From: Dubosiella newyorkensis
Lineage (GTDB): Bacteria > Bacillota_I > Bacilli_A > Erysipelotrichales > Erysipelotrichaceae
NCBI RefSeq assembly: GCF_001945605.1
Contig: NZ_MPKA01000050.1
Location: 1-25,961 of the forward strand
DNA: 25,961 nt
Direction: 5' to 3'
Of the stretch, positions 25,631-25,961 are shown in pieces. Under the pieces are notes generated by a model. That model was not told the origin of the DNA. It saw only the letters and a list, made by a program, of their open reading frames with translations, and did no database searches. The translations under genes were made by a program, and so were the position numbers. The first letter of the stretch is position 1, and each line of letters opens with the position of its first letter.

Positions 25631-25961
25631 CATTTGTTCTGATGCCCCGCTGTGCAGGGCTTCGTTTCGAATCCGTAGTCTTTGGCGAACTGCTCGAATC
25701 TGGCATTGACTTTTCCTTTCGAACGCGCTGTTCTGGGTTCATCCATAACGGTTTTCATATTGTCTGTCTTCAGCGCTTTCGGCACGCCTCCGGCCGTTTC
25801 GAATGCCTGATCGAGAAGATGGAGAAGAACATCTCTTTTCCGGCTCAAGGAAAGATAGAAGACCTTGAAACGGGAATACGAGTAGACCAGGGAAAAGACA
25901 TTGATATGGATCGTTTCTCCGTTTTTGAGCTTGAAGTTCATATCCTCTTTCCAGTCAAGCT
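25618..25961 (-). mobile_element. IS21-family transposase (IstA-like) fragment, C-terminally truncated; the 5' part runs off the window
   Basis: The minus-strand frame is open to the window edge (...LDWKEDMNFKL...). The pattern VYSYSRFKVF...AFETAGGVPKALKTDNMKTV...FAKDYGFETKPC resembles the IstA DDE core. The frame stops at 25618 inside the PTS terminator stem. No remaining IstA C-terminus, istB or inverted repeat is visible. Confidence 0.6.

Noticed and set aside
1-25961. CRISPR arrays, tRNA/rRNA genes, known riboswitch or T-box leaders, and recognisable phage-defence gene sets.
   Set aside because: There are no short regularly spaced repeats and no cloverleaf-like or rRNA-like segments. All intergenic regions are under about 220 nt and are accounted for by promoters and terminators. 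Every large ORF has a housekeeping, transport or regulatory assignment, except the 192-aa membrane protein.

Overview
The window looks like a chromosomal segment from a low-GC Gram-positive anaerobe. This is inferred from AGGAGG-type ribosome-binding sites, a lipobox lipoprotein, a flavodiiron/rubredoxin module and Firmicutes-style CUT1 and PTS loci; no species can be assigned from sequence alone. I find no rRNA, tRNA or CRISPR array. Gene order: (1) a YhfC-like membrane protein, divergent from a CUT1 sugar ABC operon (binding lipoprotein, two permeases, no ATPase) followed by malQ. (2) Convergent on it, a translationally coupled four-gene sensor operon: anchored RbsB-like binding protein, polytopic HisKA_3 kinase, NarL-type regulator, anchored family-1 binding protein. 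(3) A two-gene unit of an unknown polytopic membrane protein plus a BcsA-like processive glycosyltransferase. (4) Class Ia-type ribonucleotide reductase genes nrdA and nrdB. (5) An Rrf2 regulator, an acyl-CoA dehydrogenase::ETF-alpha domain::rubredoxin fusion and a flavodiiron protein. (6) A Phd/ParE-RelE toxin-antitoxin cassette bracketed by a duplicated terminator. (7) A MurNAc locus with a frameshifted murQ paralog, murR, an intact murQ and a PTS EIIBCA gene. (8) A truncated IS21-like transposase remnant at the window edge. I see no recognisable phage-defence system. The candidates most worth follow-up are the ACAD-ETFalpha-rubredoxin/flavodiiron redox module, the dual-binding-protein two-component operon and the minimal cellulose-synthase-like pair. 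All product calls rest on motifs recognised by eye, not on database searches.
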